From Octopus sinensis (taxonomy: Eukaryota), in assembly GCF_006345805.1 (NCBI RefSeq), contig NC_043026.1, positions 8,928,001-8,992,000 on the forward strand: 64,000 nucleotides of DNA, read 5' to 3'. This document shows, in pieces, positions 52,937 to 64,000 of this stretch. Every line of letters starts with the position of its first letter. Positions within the stretch are counted from its first letter, which is position 1. A program made the translations under genes and the position numbers. The notes below the pieces were generated by a model. That model was not told where the DNA came from. It saw only the letters and a program-made list of their open reading frames with translations, and made no database searches.

Positions 52937-55900
52937 TTATTTGTCATAATGAAAGAAAGCAAAAGATTGTCGTCCTATGGTAATCCCAAAAACCACGAAC
53001 GAAACGTCTGTAATATCAAAACCAAGAACTGTAAAGACATCATTATCATCCCATCTGAGGAGTAAATATTCTTGAATATTTTCAGATGTTTGGTGTTCAA
53101 TATGTCCAGGTATTTGGTAAATATTGCTGTATTTATCTGTTATATAAACACAGTCGCCACGTGTGGTTAGATACGGTCTGTACATATTATACTCAATATC
53201 TCCTGATAGTTTCATCTTCCTGATCAGATGTTCCCTATACCAACAGACAACATACTGATACCCACCATTCATATCTGCTGGCTCAACCATTTCCCAATTC
53301 ATAACAACAATATCACCATCAGATGTCGCTATTACGTCACAAAATACCATCTCCAATTCCAGCACTTCGTTCACCTCTCCTGAACAAATTTCCCGATTGA
53401 ATTTACACGTCTCACCATTGATATCAACTAAATCTACATAGGTATGATAGTATCTTCCAGCCTCAGTTACGGCTCTAATATAATGACCACCACACACGAG
53501 TTGATTGTCGTTGTATTTATAAATACTGTTGTAGTATTTACCCGTGTTGATGGTTTTTAAACGACGGAGATCCCTGTTGAAGAACATCAGTTGTTCACCA
53601 AAGACGATTATGAAACACTGATCTGTCCACCGACATATGTCTAATGATTTTTGTTGTGGTAGTTGTTCATGTTGAAGTATGTCTCCCGTTGTTGTATTAA
53701 TTAATGTAACCGTGTCTCTAAACATCAACACACTCACGTTCTCATCCAACTTAATTAGTTTACTGTTATAATCTCTATTGTCCACATAAAAATAATTAAC
53801 AGGTTCCTCGAATGCAGGAATGGAAAAAGGGACCATTGCTGTCCTATATGGAAGTCTCCTCACTGATATTTCATCAGTTCCTGACATACTCTCTGCTATG
53901 TAATTACCACATCTCACCTTTACTCTACCTTTACTAATTATTTCACCTGATTTATCTCTTCCTCTCCTCCCATCTCCTCTACTGTATTTCAGTTCATTAA
54001 TTAATTCATTACTGAATATTCTATTATCCCACTGAGATGTAATGGAAGGGAAATGAAGACCAGAATCAAGATTTAATAACGACACAGATTCCAGAATGTT
54101 CACTTGGTCCCCATCAATCTTTATGCAATGACATTCAATCAATTCAGTATGTGCGCACCAGTAAATATTCCCCACTTTTCTCCATATTACACCATAAGGG
54201 ATGAGACTCGACCAAACTTTATGGTTCACCAAATCTTGTTTCAGTTGAAATATTTCTTGTCTGTTTGGAAGTGTGACCATTATCTCTCTTTCTCCTGTAA
54301 AACACACACCACCAACTAAACTTCCAACATTTCTGTGACATAACAACTTCCCGTCTTCATCGAATATTTTAACATTTCCATTATTGGCTTTTTCACACAC
54401 AACTGTCTTTCCTTCCTCAGAGACATCAATATCTTTCACTTGAACAGGAAATTTGTCTGTTTGCAAACAACAGGTAGGGAATCTCTCCCTATTAACATCA
54501 AACAAACCTTCAACATACAATTTATCTCTGTGACTTCCAACAAACCTTGGTCCTTTACAGTCTATACTGTAGAAATTTACTTCACCTTTATAAATTCTTT
54601 CATTTAAAAATATTCTGTCATATTCACCTGTGTATGTCAAGCACGTAATGGTTTCGTACAAACCGTAAACATCATATCTTTCCCACCATGCATTAATATA
54701 CATATAACAGTCATCAATTGTCATGGGCTTAATGTTACTGTTATATTCCTTGTAGTGTCTAACTGAATATAAATACTGACCATCACTACTGAGGAAATTG
54801 ATGAAATTGTCATTGCTGACAACAATATCATCATTAGCAGTAACTGTAATATTGCATATGCCTGCAACATAATCAATAACCTCACCACCTCTCATCAATA
54901 ATGTCTCAGGTATGTCTATTTGCTTCATTATACTCACAGTCGAATGGATTTCATCAAAATCAATGACATACAAAGTACGTTCATCTCCATCCCAACTACA
55001 TAACAGTAGATTGTCCGAAAAAGAAGTAATATGTTTATATTTATCTCTCGTTTGGTAATTTACTAATGACAATGGAAATTCCACTTTTAATGTCAACAAT
55101 CGGTATTTATCATCCTCAGTCGTAATGACCAGTGTGTTTGACTGCCATCGACACATATTGATGGGAGAGACATTCAATTTGATAGAATCCATGAGTTGAC
55201 CATCAAATGTGAATAACTTAACATTTTCATTTTTCCTGTCATATCCTGCAATCAGGTTATTTTCAGTAACAACCAAACGATCAATCTTCACTCGCAATTT
55301 GTCTCCCAAATGTTGAGGGAGATGAATATGTCTGGCTTTGTCAGAAACTGTCAGGTCCTGTAGATATAAAGTGGAAGACAACATTTCACTGACAGAAATG
55401 TTTCTGGAAAATACATCCACCAGGTCGATGTAATAATTAAGTTGATTATTAGTAACGAGATCTCTCAACACCAAATTATGATCATTTATGGCAAACATAC
55501 GAGTGTTGTCTATCAGATAGATAAACATTTTATCTATACAACCACCATAGAGATTGGGGGCAGGTTTCATTTGGGATAGTAAAACACTGGGGACCGTCTT
55601 ACCACTACTACTACTACTGCTGCTACTACTGCTGCTACTACTGCTACTACTACTACTACTACCACTACCACCACTACTACTTCTACGACGACGTCTACTA
55701 TCATGACCACCACCACCAACACTAGTGCAGCATTGAAATACTCTTCTCTTAGTAACAATTAATAACTTTTGTGTTTCATTTTCTATTGCTAATGCTTTCA
55801 CTAGAAAAGGGATATTAATTATCTTAATTACTTCAACTTGATTAAAGTTTTTAATGGCCAAAACATCTAAATGTGATGGTTTATCACAATAACAAACAAT

Positions 55901-57670
55901 TTCACATTCACCCATCTTACACACCCGTACATAAGGCTGTCTTAATGATATACTTCTCACTGTCTTTGATAGGTTTCCAATGACCCTTAATTGTTTCTGT
56001 AGGGGTAATGTGACACCTATATGATTAGAATCCCATCGACATATATCTGTGGCTGTAGATGGCAGAGATAATCTGGACACAATGTCTCCTTCCTGAGAAA
56101 TGTACAACAAGCAATCATGGTTGATGTCAGACACCACCAACTGTCCATTGGACAGATTACATATTTCGCCAATGACAAGTTTTTTGTCTTTCTCCTTTTC
56201 TTTGAGTCGTAGATTTAGATTTCTGATATAAGGATTTTCCGGGTGTAAACAACAGCCAGAAGACCGGTCATGATTCTTGTATAGAAGAATCCTGTTGAGT
56301 TGAGTGTCCGGGACATAAAGAGTTCCTTGGAAAACAGCAATGTGAGGGTGAACAGGGAAAGGCAGTTCCCACTGCCATTTCATTTCTCCATATAGATCGT
56401 AGCATCTGAGAATAGAGTGTCTCCTGAAGAGGACATAGAAATAAACATTATCAGAGTAGATGTGATGAGGGTAGCCATAGAATGGAAGGTATTTTTGAAA
56501 AAGTTCTTCACCACATGTGGAATAAAATACCATTTTATTTTCGCTTCCATCTACGACTACAAAATTAACTGGAGTTGCAGCAATGCTGACATTATGATGT
56601 CTCAGAGAAATTCTTTCTATAATGTCAACTTTATCATCCTTGATCAAGAGGATATGGACCTCGTGTTTGTTTCCATTTGTGGTTAGAGCTAAATACTTAT
56701 TTGATACAACATGACATAGTTTAATGTAATCAGTATGGACTTTCATTAAAGGGCCTTTCATTAGCCTAGGACATGTGATACACTGAAATGCTTTGTTTTC
56801 ACGATAAAACACCAGAAATCCTTTAGAATTCATTCTACAAAAGCAAGAAGGAATCTCAAGGAAAGTTGAATTATTTTGGTTAATTATTTGTCCAGTCTCA
56901 GTGAATAATATAGCTTTATTATTCCTGTAGAATATTAATATAGAAGATGTAGACATAGGTAGAATATTAGTAACGTTGTAGCAATCCTCAATATAAATAT
57001 AGTTGTTCAATCTTGGGGTCCATAGCTGGGAGTTATATGACTGCCTGGGCCAAAAGTCTTCATTTGTTCCAATGATATGAAGGACATCAAAATAATCGGT
57101 TACAAAAATGTTTTTTTTGCCAACAGAAATATGGCGGCATTTCATGCCAATTTCTCTTGTTGTCACAGCACCCGTACCTGAAATCCGATAAATAATATGT
57201 CCCTGGAGGACATAAAAATGGTTTTGATACACAGAGATGTGGCTTGGAATGTCCAGAGAATTGGTATCCACCTCAAATAACTGCTGGCCATCCACATTGT
57301 AACAGGTAACCCTGTTAATATTGGAAAAGGATACTAAGAGTTTATTTTGTGCTCCTACAGCAATATCTGTTGGTATTTCTTGTGTTATGAATTCGTATTT
57401 TATTCTATTCTCTTCCCAGTCAATGACGTATATGGTTCGACCAAACAGTTCTACACCCATAAGCGTAGAATGTTCCAAATAAGAAACCAAGATTAATCCT
57501 AGCTGAATTCTTTTGATTCTCAAACTTAAAGGGTTGATAATAAGAATCATTTTTTGAAATGGTAGGGTGGCCAGGACTGTGTCTTCACTGATTCTGGTAA
57601 AGTCAGTAACAGAAGATGAGCAATGAACATCGTTTCTGTTGCCGTCTCTTGTTACACAACATATTGACAT
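52937..57670 (-). CDS. Large intronless protein with about 5-6 tandem beta-propeller (NHL-like) domains
   Basis: 1577-aa ORF with recurring blade motifs: PTDIAVGAQNKLLVS, ATDICRWDSNHIGVTLP, PINMCRWQSNTLVITT, VGGVCFTGEREIMVTLP, SLDICRWTDQCFIIVF. Fold assignment is by eye. Confidence 0.75.
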   Translation of the reverse strand: MSICCVTRDGNRNDVHCSSSVTDFTRISEDTVLATLPFQKMILIINPLSLRIKRIQLGLILVSYLEHSTLMGVELFGRTIYVIDWEENRIKYEFITQEIPTDIAVGAQNKLLVSFSNINRVTCYNVDGQQLFEVDTNSLDIPSHISVYQNHFYVLQGHIIYRISGTGAVTTREIGMKCRHISVGKKNIFVTDYFDVLHIIGTNEDFWPRQSYNSQLWTPRLNNYIYIEDCYNVTNILPMSTSSILIFYRNNKAILFTETGQIINQNNSTFLEIPSCFCRMNSKGFLVFYRENKAFQCITCPRLMKGPLMKVHTDYIKLCHVVSNKYLALTTNGNKHEVHILLIKDDKVDIIERISLRHHNVSIAATPVNFVVVDGSENKMVFYSTCGEELFQKYLPFYGYPHHIYSDNVYFYVLFRRHSILRCYDLYGEMKWQWELPFPVHPHIAVFQGTLYVPDTQLNRILLYKNHDRSSGCCLHPENPYIRNLNLRLKEKEKDKKLVIGEICNLSNGQLVVSDINHDCLLYISQEGDIVSRLSLPSTATDICRWDSNHIGVTLPLQKQLRVIGNLSKTVRSISLRQPYVRVCKMGECEIVCYCDKPSHLDVLAIKNFNQVEVIKIINIPFLVKALAIENETQKLLIVTKRRVFQCCTSVGGGGHDSRRRRRSSSGGSGSSSSSSSSSSSSSSSSSSSGKTVPSVLLSQMKPAPNLYGGCIDKMFIYLIDNTRMFAINDHNLVLRDLVTNNQLNYYIDLVDVFSRNISVSEMLSSTLYLQDLTVSDKARHIHLPQHLGDKLRVKIDRLVVTENNLIAGYDRKNENVKLFTFDGQLMDSIKLNVSPINMCRWQSNTLVITTEDDKYRLLTLKVEFPLSLVNYQTRDKYKHITSFSDNLLLCSWDGDERTLYVIDFDEIHSTVSIMKQIDIPETLLMRGGEVIDYVAGICNITVTANDDIVVSNDNFINFLSSDGQYLYSVRHYKEYNSNIKPMTIDDCYMYINAWWERYDVYGLYETITCLTYTGEYDRIFLNERIYKGEVNFYSIDCKGPRFVGSHRDKLYVEGLFDVNRERFPTCCLQTDKFPVQVKDIDVSEEGKTVVCEKANNGNVKIFDEDGKLLCHRNVGSLVGGVCFTGEREIMVTLPNRQEIFQLKQDLVNHKVWSSLIPYGVIWRKVGNIYWCAHTELIECHCIKIDGDQVNILESVSLLNLDSGLHFPSITSQWDNRIFSNELINELKYSRGDGRRGRDKSGEIISKGRVKVRCGNYIAESMSGTDEISVRRLPYRTAMVPFSIPAFEEPVNYFYVDNRDYNSKLIKLDENVSVLMFRDTVTLINTTTGDILQHEQLPQQKSLDICRWTDQCFIIVFGEQLMFFNRDLRRLKTINTGKYYNSIYKYNDNQLVCGGHYIRAVTEAGRYYHTYVDLVDINGETCKFNREICSGEVNEVLELEMVFCDVIATSDGDIVVMNWEMVEPADMNGGYQYVVCWYREHLIRKMKLSGDIEYNMYRPYLTTRGDCVYITDKYSNIYQIPGHIEHQTSENIQEYLLLRWDDNDVFTVLGFDITDVSFVVFGITIGRQSFAFFHYDK

Positions 57671-58326
57671 GCAGTGGCGGGAATATGTTACAATTCCCCT
57701 TGTATGACAACAATATTGGATATTGGGTTGCTTAAGTCTTCTCCAGATTCCTCAATCTTTGCTTCTCTGTTTACAACCGAAGAATGTGGCCGAAATTTGT
57801 TGATTATTTTTGGTGCTTCAATTGTTTTGTGTTTGTCTTGAAAAACATTTGTCTTAACGTATTGTTCCAGAAAACATTCAAGATTCGCAAAAATGACAAA
57901 ATCTTGGCTGTAATTATACTTCTTAATGTCTTTCTGCAAAATTTCTATTCTCTGTGTAAAATCTTTTAGAAAAGTATTTTCATCCATTCCTATACTTTTT
58001 TAAAAAGTACATATTTCTTCCCGAGAATTTATCAACAAATTAATTTTGTCCTCATAGGCATTGAATCTTGTATAAAATATGTGTTTGTCCAAAATATCTC
58101 GTTTTCTAATTATTTCCCAGTTTTTATCGTCTCCTTTATGTCTTTTTTGTTTTGTTGTTGGCTGTGATGAAGATCGTTTCTGTGATACTTCTCGCCTTGA
58201 TCCATCATCTCTCCAGTATCGGCACTTTTTATGATAGACATCTTCTTCTCTTTCTGATGTTGAGCCCCAGGAGGATCTTTTCAGGGATGCAAGTCTTCTT
58301 GAAGTATTTCCTGATTTGTCTTCCAT
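57671..58326 (-). CDS. Probable N-terminal ~220 aa of the propeller gene, broken by one TAA (58000) and a 1-bp frameshift (~57700)
   Basis: ORFs 58000-58326 and 57688-57987 share a frame; adding one base gives IQGEIVTYSRHCMSICC, which completes blade 1; polypyrimidine-AG acceptor at 58334. Confidence 0.6.
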
Positions 58327-58974
58327 AGTGAATCTATGAAGAAAAATAAGAAAAACAATTAGCTTAGTGAAAGCGTCAAAGTTTCAGGGACATAATGATT
58401 CCTTCCTTATTTCAAATACTCAAAGGCCGCGAGCTGGCAGAATCGTTAGCACGCCGGGTGAAATGCTTAGCGGTATTTCGTCTGTCGCAACATTCTGAGT
58501 TCAAATTCTGCTGAGGTCGACTTTGCCATTCATCTTTTTGGGGTCAATAAATTAGGTACCAGTTGGGTGCTGGGGTTGATGTCATTGACTGTTCCCCTCC
58601 CCACAAAATCCAGGCCTTGTGCCTATAGTAGAAAGGATTATTTTTAATACACAAACATGTACGCATTTCTATCAAAGGTAGTCGAGTTGACATTTATTCA
58701 ACTTTTCCCATGTAATCCTTTCTACTAAAGGCCTAAAGTTTGGTGGGAGGGCACAAGTCGATTACATCGACTCCAGTGCATAACTGGTACTTAATTTATA
58801 GACAACAAAAGGATGAAAGGCAAAGTCGACCTTGGCAGAATTTGAACTCAGAACGTAGCAACAGGTGAAATACCATTAAGCATCTTGCCCAGTGTGCTAA
58901 CAATTCTGCCATCTTGCTGCCTTATTTTCCCAGTAAAAGGATTAGCAACAAACAACTTGTCACATCATCATCAT

Positions 58975-59512
58975 CATCATCATTTAGCGTCCGTTTTCCA
59001 TGCTAGCATGGGTTGGACGGTTCAACTGGGGTCTGTGAAGCTGGAAGGCTTCGTCAGGCCCAGTCAGATCTGGCAGTGTTTCTACGGCTGGATGCCCTTC
59101 CTAACGCCAACCACTCCGTGAGTGTAGTGGGTGCTTTTTACGTGCCACCCGCACAGGTGCCAGACAGAGCTGGCAAATGGCCACGAACGGATGGTGCTTT
59201 TACGTGCCACCGGCACGGGAGCCAGGCGAGGCTGGCAACGGACACGAACGGATGGTGCTTTTACGTGCCACCAACACAGGTGCCAGACAGAGCTGGCAAA
59301 TGGCCACGAACGGATGGTGCTTTTACGTGCCACCGGCACGGGAGCCAGGCGAGGCTGGCAACGGACACGAACGGATGGTGCTTTTACGTGTCACCGGCAC
59401 GGGGGCCAGGCGAGGCTGGCAACGGCCACGAATGGATGGTGCTCTTACGTGTCACCGGCACGGGAGCCAGGCGAGGCTGGCAACGGACACGAACGGATGG
59501 TGCTTTTACGTG
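58975..59512 (-). mobile_element. RTE 3'UTR with internal minisatellite
   Basis: gaacggatggtgcttttacgtg repeats; (GAT)n tail. Confidence 0.8.
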
Positions 59513-59923
59513 CTTTCACATTCTATTGTATTACTACAACAGGGGCCAAGTTGATTTCATTGACCCCAGTATACAACTGGTACTTATTTCATCCTTTTGT
59601 TGTCTATAAATTAAGTACCAGTTATGCACTGGGGTCGATGTAATTGACTTGTCCCCTCTCACCAAACTTTAGGCCTTTACTAGAAAGGTTGAGTACTGTT
59701 GTAGTAATACAATAGAATGTGATAAGTTGTTTGTTGCTTTAAAGAGTAAAACTCATGACCCATATAATACAGACATAGCCTGAAACGTCTCTGCCAACAC
59801 TGCTTTTCAGTCTGTTAACCTATTTCTGTCTATAAACGACACACCCAATCGTCAATCATTATTCACTGTTTTCTCAACCATGAATCTACACTTTTCAAAA
59901 GCCTTTCTTGCTCAATACATACT

Positions 59924-61672
59924 CTCTTTTACTTGTTTCTGTCATTTGACCGCGGCCATGCTGGAGCACTGCCTTTAGTCGAGCAAATCGACCCCAGGAC
60001 TTATTCTTTTGTAAGCCCAGTACTTATTCTATCGGTCTCTTTTACTTGTTTCAGTCATTTGACTGTGGCCATGCTGGAGCACTGCCTTTAGTCGAGCAAA
60101 TCGACCCCAGGACTTATTCTTTTGTAAGCCCAGTACTTATTCTATCAGTCTCTTTTACTTGTTTCAGTCATTTGACTGTGACCATGCTGGAGCACTGCCT
60201 TTAGTCGAGCAAATCGACCCCAGGACTTATTCTTTTGTAAGCCCAGTACTTATTCTATCGGTCTCTTTTACTTGTTTCTGTCATTTGACCGCGGCCATGC
60301 TGGAGCACTGCCTTTAGTCGAGCAAATCGACCCCAGGACTTATTCTTTTGTAAGCCCAGTACTTATTCTATCAGTCTCTTTTACTTGTTTCAGTCATTTA
60401 ACTGCGGCCATGCTGGAGCAACGCCTTTAGTCGAGCAAATCGACCCCAGGACTTATTCTTTTGTAAGCCCAGTACTTATTCTATCGGTCTCTTTTACTTG
60501 TTTCAGTCATTTAACTGCGGCCATGCTGGAGCACTGCCTTTAGTCGAGCAAATCGACCCCAGGACTTATTCTTTTGTAAGCCCAGTACTTATTCTATCGG
60601 TCTCTTTTACTTGTTTCAGTCATTTAACTGCGGCCATGCTGGAGCAACGCCTTTAGTCGAGCAAATCGACCCCAGGACTTATTCTTTTGTAAGCCCAGTA
60701 CTTATTCTATCGGTCTCTTTTACTTGTTTCAGTCATTTAACTGCGGCCATGCTGGAGCACTGCCTTTAGTCGAGCAAATCGACCCCAGGACTTATTCTTT
60801 TGTAAGTCCAGTACTTATTCTATCGGTCTCTTTTACTTGTTTCAGTCATTTGACTGTGGCCATGCTGGAGCACTGCCTTTAGTCGAGCAAATCGACCCCA
60901 GGACTTATTCTTTTGTAAGCCCAGTACTTATTCTATCGGTCTCTTTTACTTGTTTCAGTCATTTAACTGCGGCCATGCTGGAGCACTGCCTTTAGTCGAG
61001 CAAATCGACCCCAGGACTTATTCTTTTGTAAGCCCAGTACTTATTCTATCGGTCTCTTTTACTTGTTTCAGTCATTTGACTGTGGCCATGCTGGAGCACT
61101 GCCTTTAGTCGAGCAAATCGACCCCAGGACTTATTCTTTTGTAAGCCCAGTACTTATTCTATCGGTCTCTTTTACTTGTTTCAGTCATTTAACTGCGGCC
61201 ATGCTGGAGCAACGCCTTTAGTCGAGCAAATCGACCCCAGGACTTATTCTTTTGTAAGCCCAGTACTTATTCTATCGGTCTCTTTTACTTGTTTCAGTCA
61301 TTTAACTGCGGCCATGCTGGAGCAACGCCTTTAGTTGAGCAAATCGATCCCAGGACTTATTCTTTGTAAGCCTAGTACTTATTCTATCGGTCTCTTTTGC
61401 AGGGATGTAAACACACCACCATCGATTGTCAAGCGACGTTGGGGGAACAAAGACAGACAAACAAACATACACACATGCACACAGACACACATATATATAC
61501 ATATATACGACAGGCTTCTTTCAGTTTCTGTCTACCAAATCCACTCACAAGGCTTTGGTCAGCCCGAGGCTATAGTAGAAGACACTTGCCCAAGGTGCCA
61601 CACAGTATAGGAATGAACCCGGAACCATGTGGTTGGTAAGCAAGCTACTTACCACACAGTCACTTCTGCGCC
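59924..61672 (-). repeat. SINE-A with its 3' tail amplified 13 x 113 bp (59924-~61395); head at ~61672
   Basis: gaccccaggacttattc counted 13 times; head gcgcagaagtgactgtgtggtaag on the minus strand. Confidence 0.95.
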
Positions 61673-62080
61673 TATAATTCCACAGAACTCACCAATAATT
61701 TTTCTAAATTAAACAAATTTTAAGATAGATTGTTGTTTAAAACAAATAATTAAATGTAATTTACAAAATTATATTTAAAATATAATCCTTTTAGATTTAA
61801 TAAGATATTAAAGTTTTATAATGTAAAAGGAACAATCTATAAAATTAAAATCATACTTTCAAAATTTGGCACAAGGCCAGCAATTTTGGGGGAGGTGTTA
61901 AATCGATTAGATTCACCCCAGTATTCAACTGGTACTTATTTTATCTACTCTGAAAAAACGAAAGGCAAATTTGACCCCAGCAGAATTTGAACTCAGAACA
62001 TAAACACATATGAAATTTTTTCTGGGCATTTTGCCTGCAGAATAAAGTCAAAATATTAAAACATTTCAATTGTTATTATA

Positions 62081-62587
62081 CCATAAACCCTCGAGTATAA
62101 TCTGCATTTTTTTCCCAAAATTTAAAGGTCAAAATCCTTAGTGCGTACTATAAACGAGGTAAAAAATGAAAAATATTTTCTAGGCAATGTCCGAGTCTCT
62201 ATTTGCTGTCCAGCAATGTTTATTCAGACGCATTTAGTGATGTCGGGCGCGAAAATACCTTAAGCTAATCCTAAAAGCAATGAAGTCACAAAAGAATTAT
62301 CCATAACTTGCAGTAAGCAAAATTTATTAAATGTTATTTCTTTATTTTCTGCCAACAAAATGCACAAAAAAGCTACACGTTTGCATTATGTTATATATAC
62401 AATAATAATAATAAAGGACGTTACCGTATAAATTTTTACAAACCATGGACGTTATATAGACCTCCTTGACTCAAGTTAGAGAAGGGGTGTGTATTATACA
62501 CAAGGTTTAGGCTTTTCAGAGGTACAGCCCCTTATAACTCCCCTGCGTATTATACTCAAGGGCAGACTATACTCAAGGATTTACAGT
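62081..62587. mobile_element. Tc2/pogo-like MITE
   Basis: TA-flanked imperfect TIRs ccataaaccctcgagtataatctgc / gcagactatactcaaggatttacagt. Confidence 0.55.
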
Positions 62588-62934
62588 TAATAGTAAATGT
62601 AAAATGTAGCATATATATTAGTATTTAAACTAGTCATGCCCAGCGCTAATATTTTATGTTTTATACTCAAACCGACCAGATCTGGTCCCTCGTACCTGCC
62701 CTTTTATGTCATTCTAAAAGTGCAACAATCATATTATTGAACTCCCAAAGCTACAAGATAGTGCATGATCACTTTAAAGTAATCCTTACTACTAAAGGCA
62801 CAGGCCCTGAAGTTTTGGGTGAGGGGACTCGTTGATTACATCAACCCCAGTGTTTCACCAGTACTTAATTTATCAACCCCGAAAGGACAAAAGGCAAAGT
62901 TGACCTTGGCAGAATTTGAACTAAGGAAGTAAGC

Positions 62935-63350
62935 GAACCATCCAAATGTGGCTGTTGCCAGTGCCACCCCAACGGGCCTCCGTGCCGGTGACACGTGAAA
63001 AGCACCATCCGATCGTGGTCGTTTGCCAGCCTCGCCTGGCACGTAAAAAGCACCATCCGATCATGGCCGTTGCCAGCCTCGCCTGGCCCCTATGCCGGTG
63101 GCACGTAAAAAGCACCATCTGACCGTGGCCATTGCCAGCCTTGCCTGGCCCCCGTGCAGGTAGCACATAAAAAGCACCCACTACACTCTCGGAGTGGTTG
63201 GCGTTAGGAAGGGCATCCAGCTGTAGAAACCTTGCCAGATCAAACTGGGCCTGATGCAGCCTTCTGGCTTCCCAGACCCCAGTTGAACCGTCCAACTCAT
63301 GCCAGCATAGAAAACGGACGTTAAACGATGATGATGATGATGATGATGAT
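62935..63350 (+). mobile_element. RTE 3'UTR with (GAT)n tail
   Basis: Same family as 25552-26000. Confidence 0.8.
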
Positions 63351-64000
63351 GAACGTAATACAGACAAAAGCTGCAAAACATTTTGTCCCGTATTTTAATG
63401 ATCCAGTCAGCTTGCCACGATCATTGATTCAAAATAATATGAAGAAAAAAGCTTTATATTTGATAGGAAAAATCTGAATGTTAAAGAGTTAAAATATACT
63501 AAAATTATGGTTTCTAACATTGGTGATTAGATCAAAGTTAACTCATTAGCAAGGAAACTTATAGTTAAGGAGTGACCTTAGGTCATTTAGATCATTTGGC
63601 AGTGGTTATCTTGTATGTAATTAGGTTACATAGCAGTTATAATGTTTACCTTGTATATAATTTTTTTTGGTAATTTTATTCATATACATACATACATATA
63701 TGTGTGTGTGTGTGTGTGTGTGAATAAAATTATCAGGAAAATTACGTTTTTATTGAAAATTTAATATTAAAATAAAAATCAGTTTAAAAAAAAAAAACTA
63801 TGTTGCTCGAAAGGGAAAAAAAACCCGATCCCTTGGCAAAATTGACTAAACATTAGATGAAATAACTTGTGATATTTATTCTGAGTCTCTGCTTTCTGAG
63901 TTCAAATCCTGGCATGGTCAACTTTGCTTTTTATCCTTTTGGGGTTGATAAATAAAATAACAGACTAAGGTGTTGGTTAAGCGGAACCATTAGACATAGG

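Noticed and set aside
57690-57705. Programmed -1 frameshift into the 1577-aa ORF
   Set aside because: CAA GGG GAA TTG does not fit X XXY YYZ and no stimulatory structure was recognised; an indel is simpler.
52937-58326. Horizontal or viral origin of the intronless giant ORF
   Set aside because: It has a spliceosomal acceptor upstream, host-like composition and no viral or bacterial motifs; large single exons are common for such domains.

Overview
Eukaryotic, AT-rich, repeat-dense DNA. The SINE/LINE repertoire and zinc-finger style fit a coleoid cephalopod, probably Octopus (inferred, not database-checked). The window is a young cluster of C2H2 zinc-finger genes with no recognisable effector domain. 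It holds six largely open paralogs: A 1238+, B 13094-, C 14223-, D 20767-, E 29864-, H 47798+. There is also a pseudogene (F, 39660-41666) and a fragment (6732-7417). Five genes share a duplicated promoter/non-coding exon-1 module (NRF1-like motif, GTAAGT donor) oriented with the gene. A 4.7-kb intronless ORF (52937-57670, probably about 1800 aa once two lesions are bridged) encodes a multi-beta-propeller, NHL-like protein between two inverted SINE-tail arrays. The rest is Penelope-like, Tx1-like, RTE and CR1 remnants, tRNA-derived SINEs and MITEs. Best leads: (1) two divergent Tx1-like families that both start inside the tRNA-like head of the same SINE, suggesting SINE-targeted insertion; (2) several minimal hammerhead-ribozyme-like motifs, including a U3-A8 core variant at the centre of a perfect 416-bp palindrome; (3) a likely bicistronic ZNF pair; (4) the giant propeller gene and its flanking arrays. 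All alignments and translations were done by eye.
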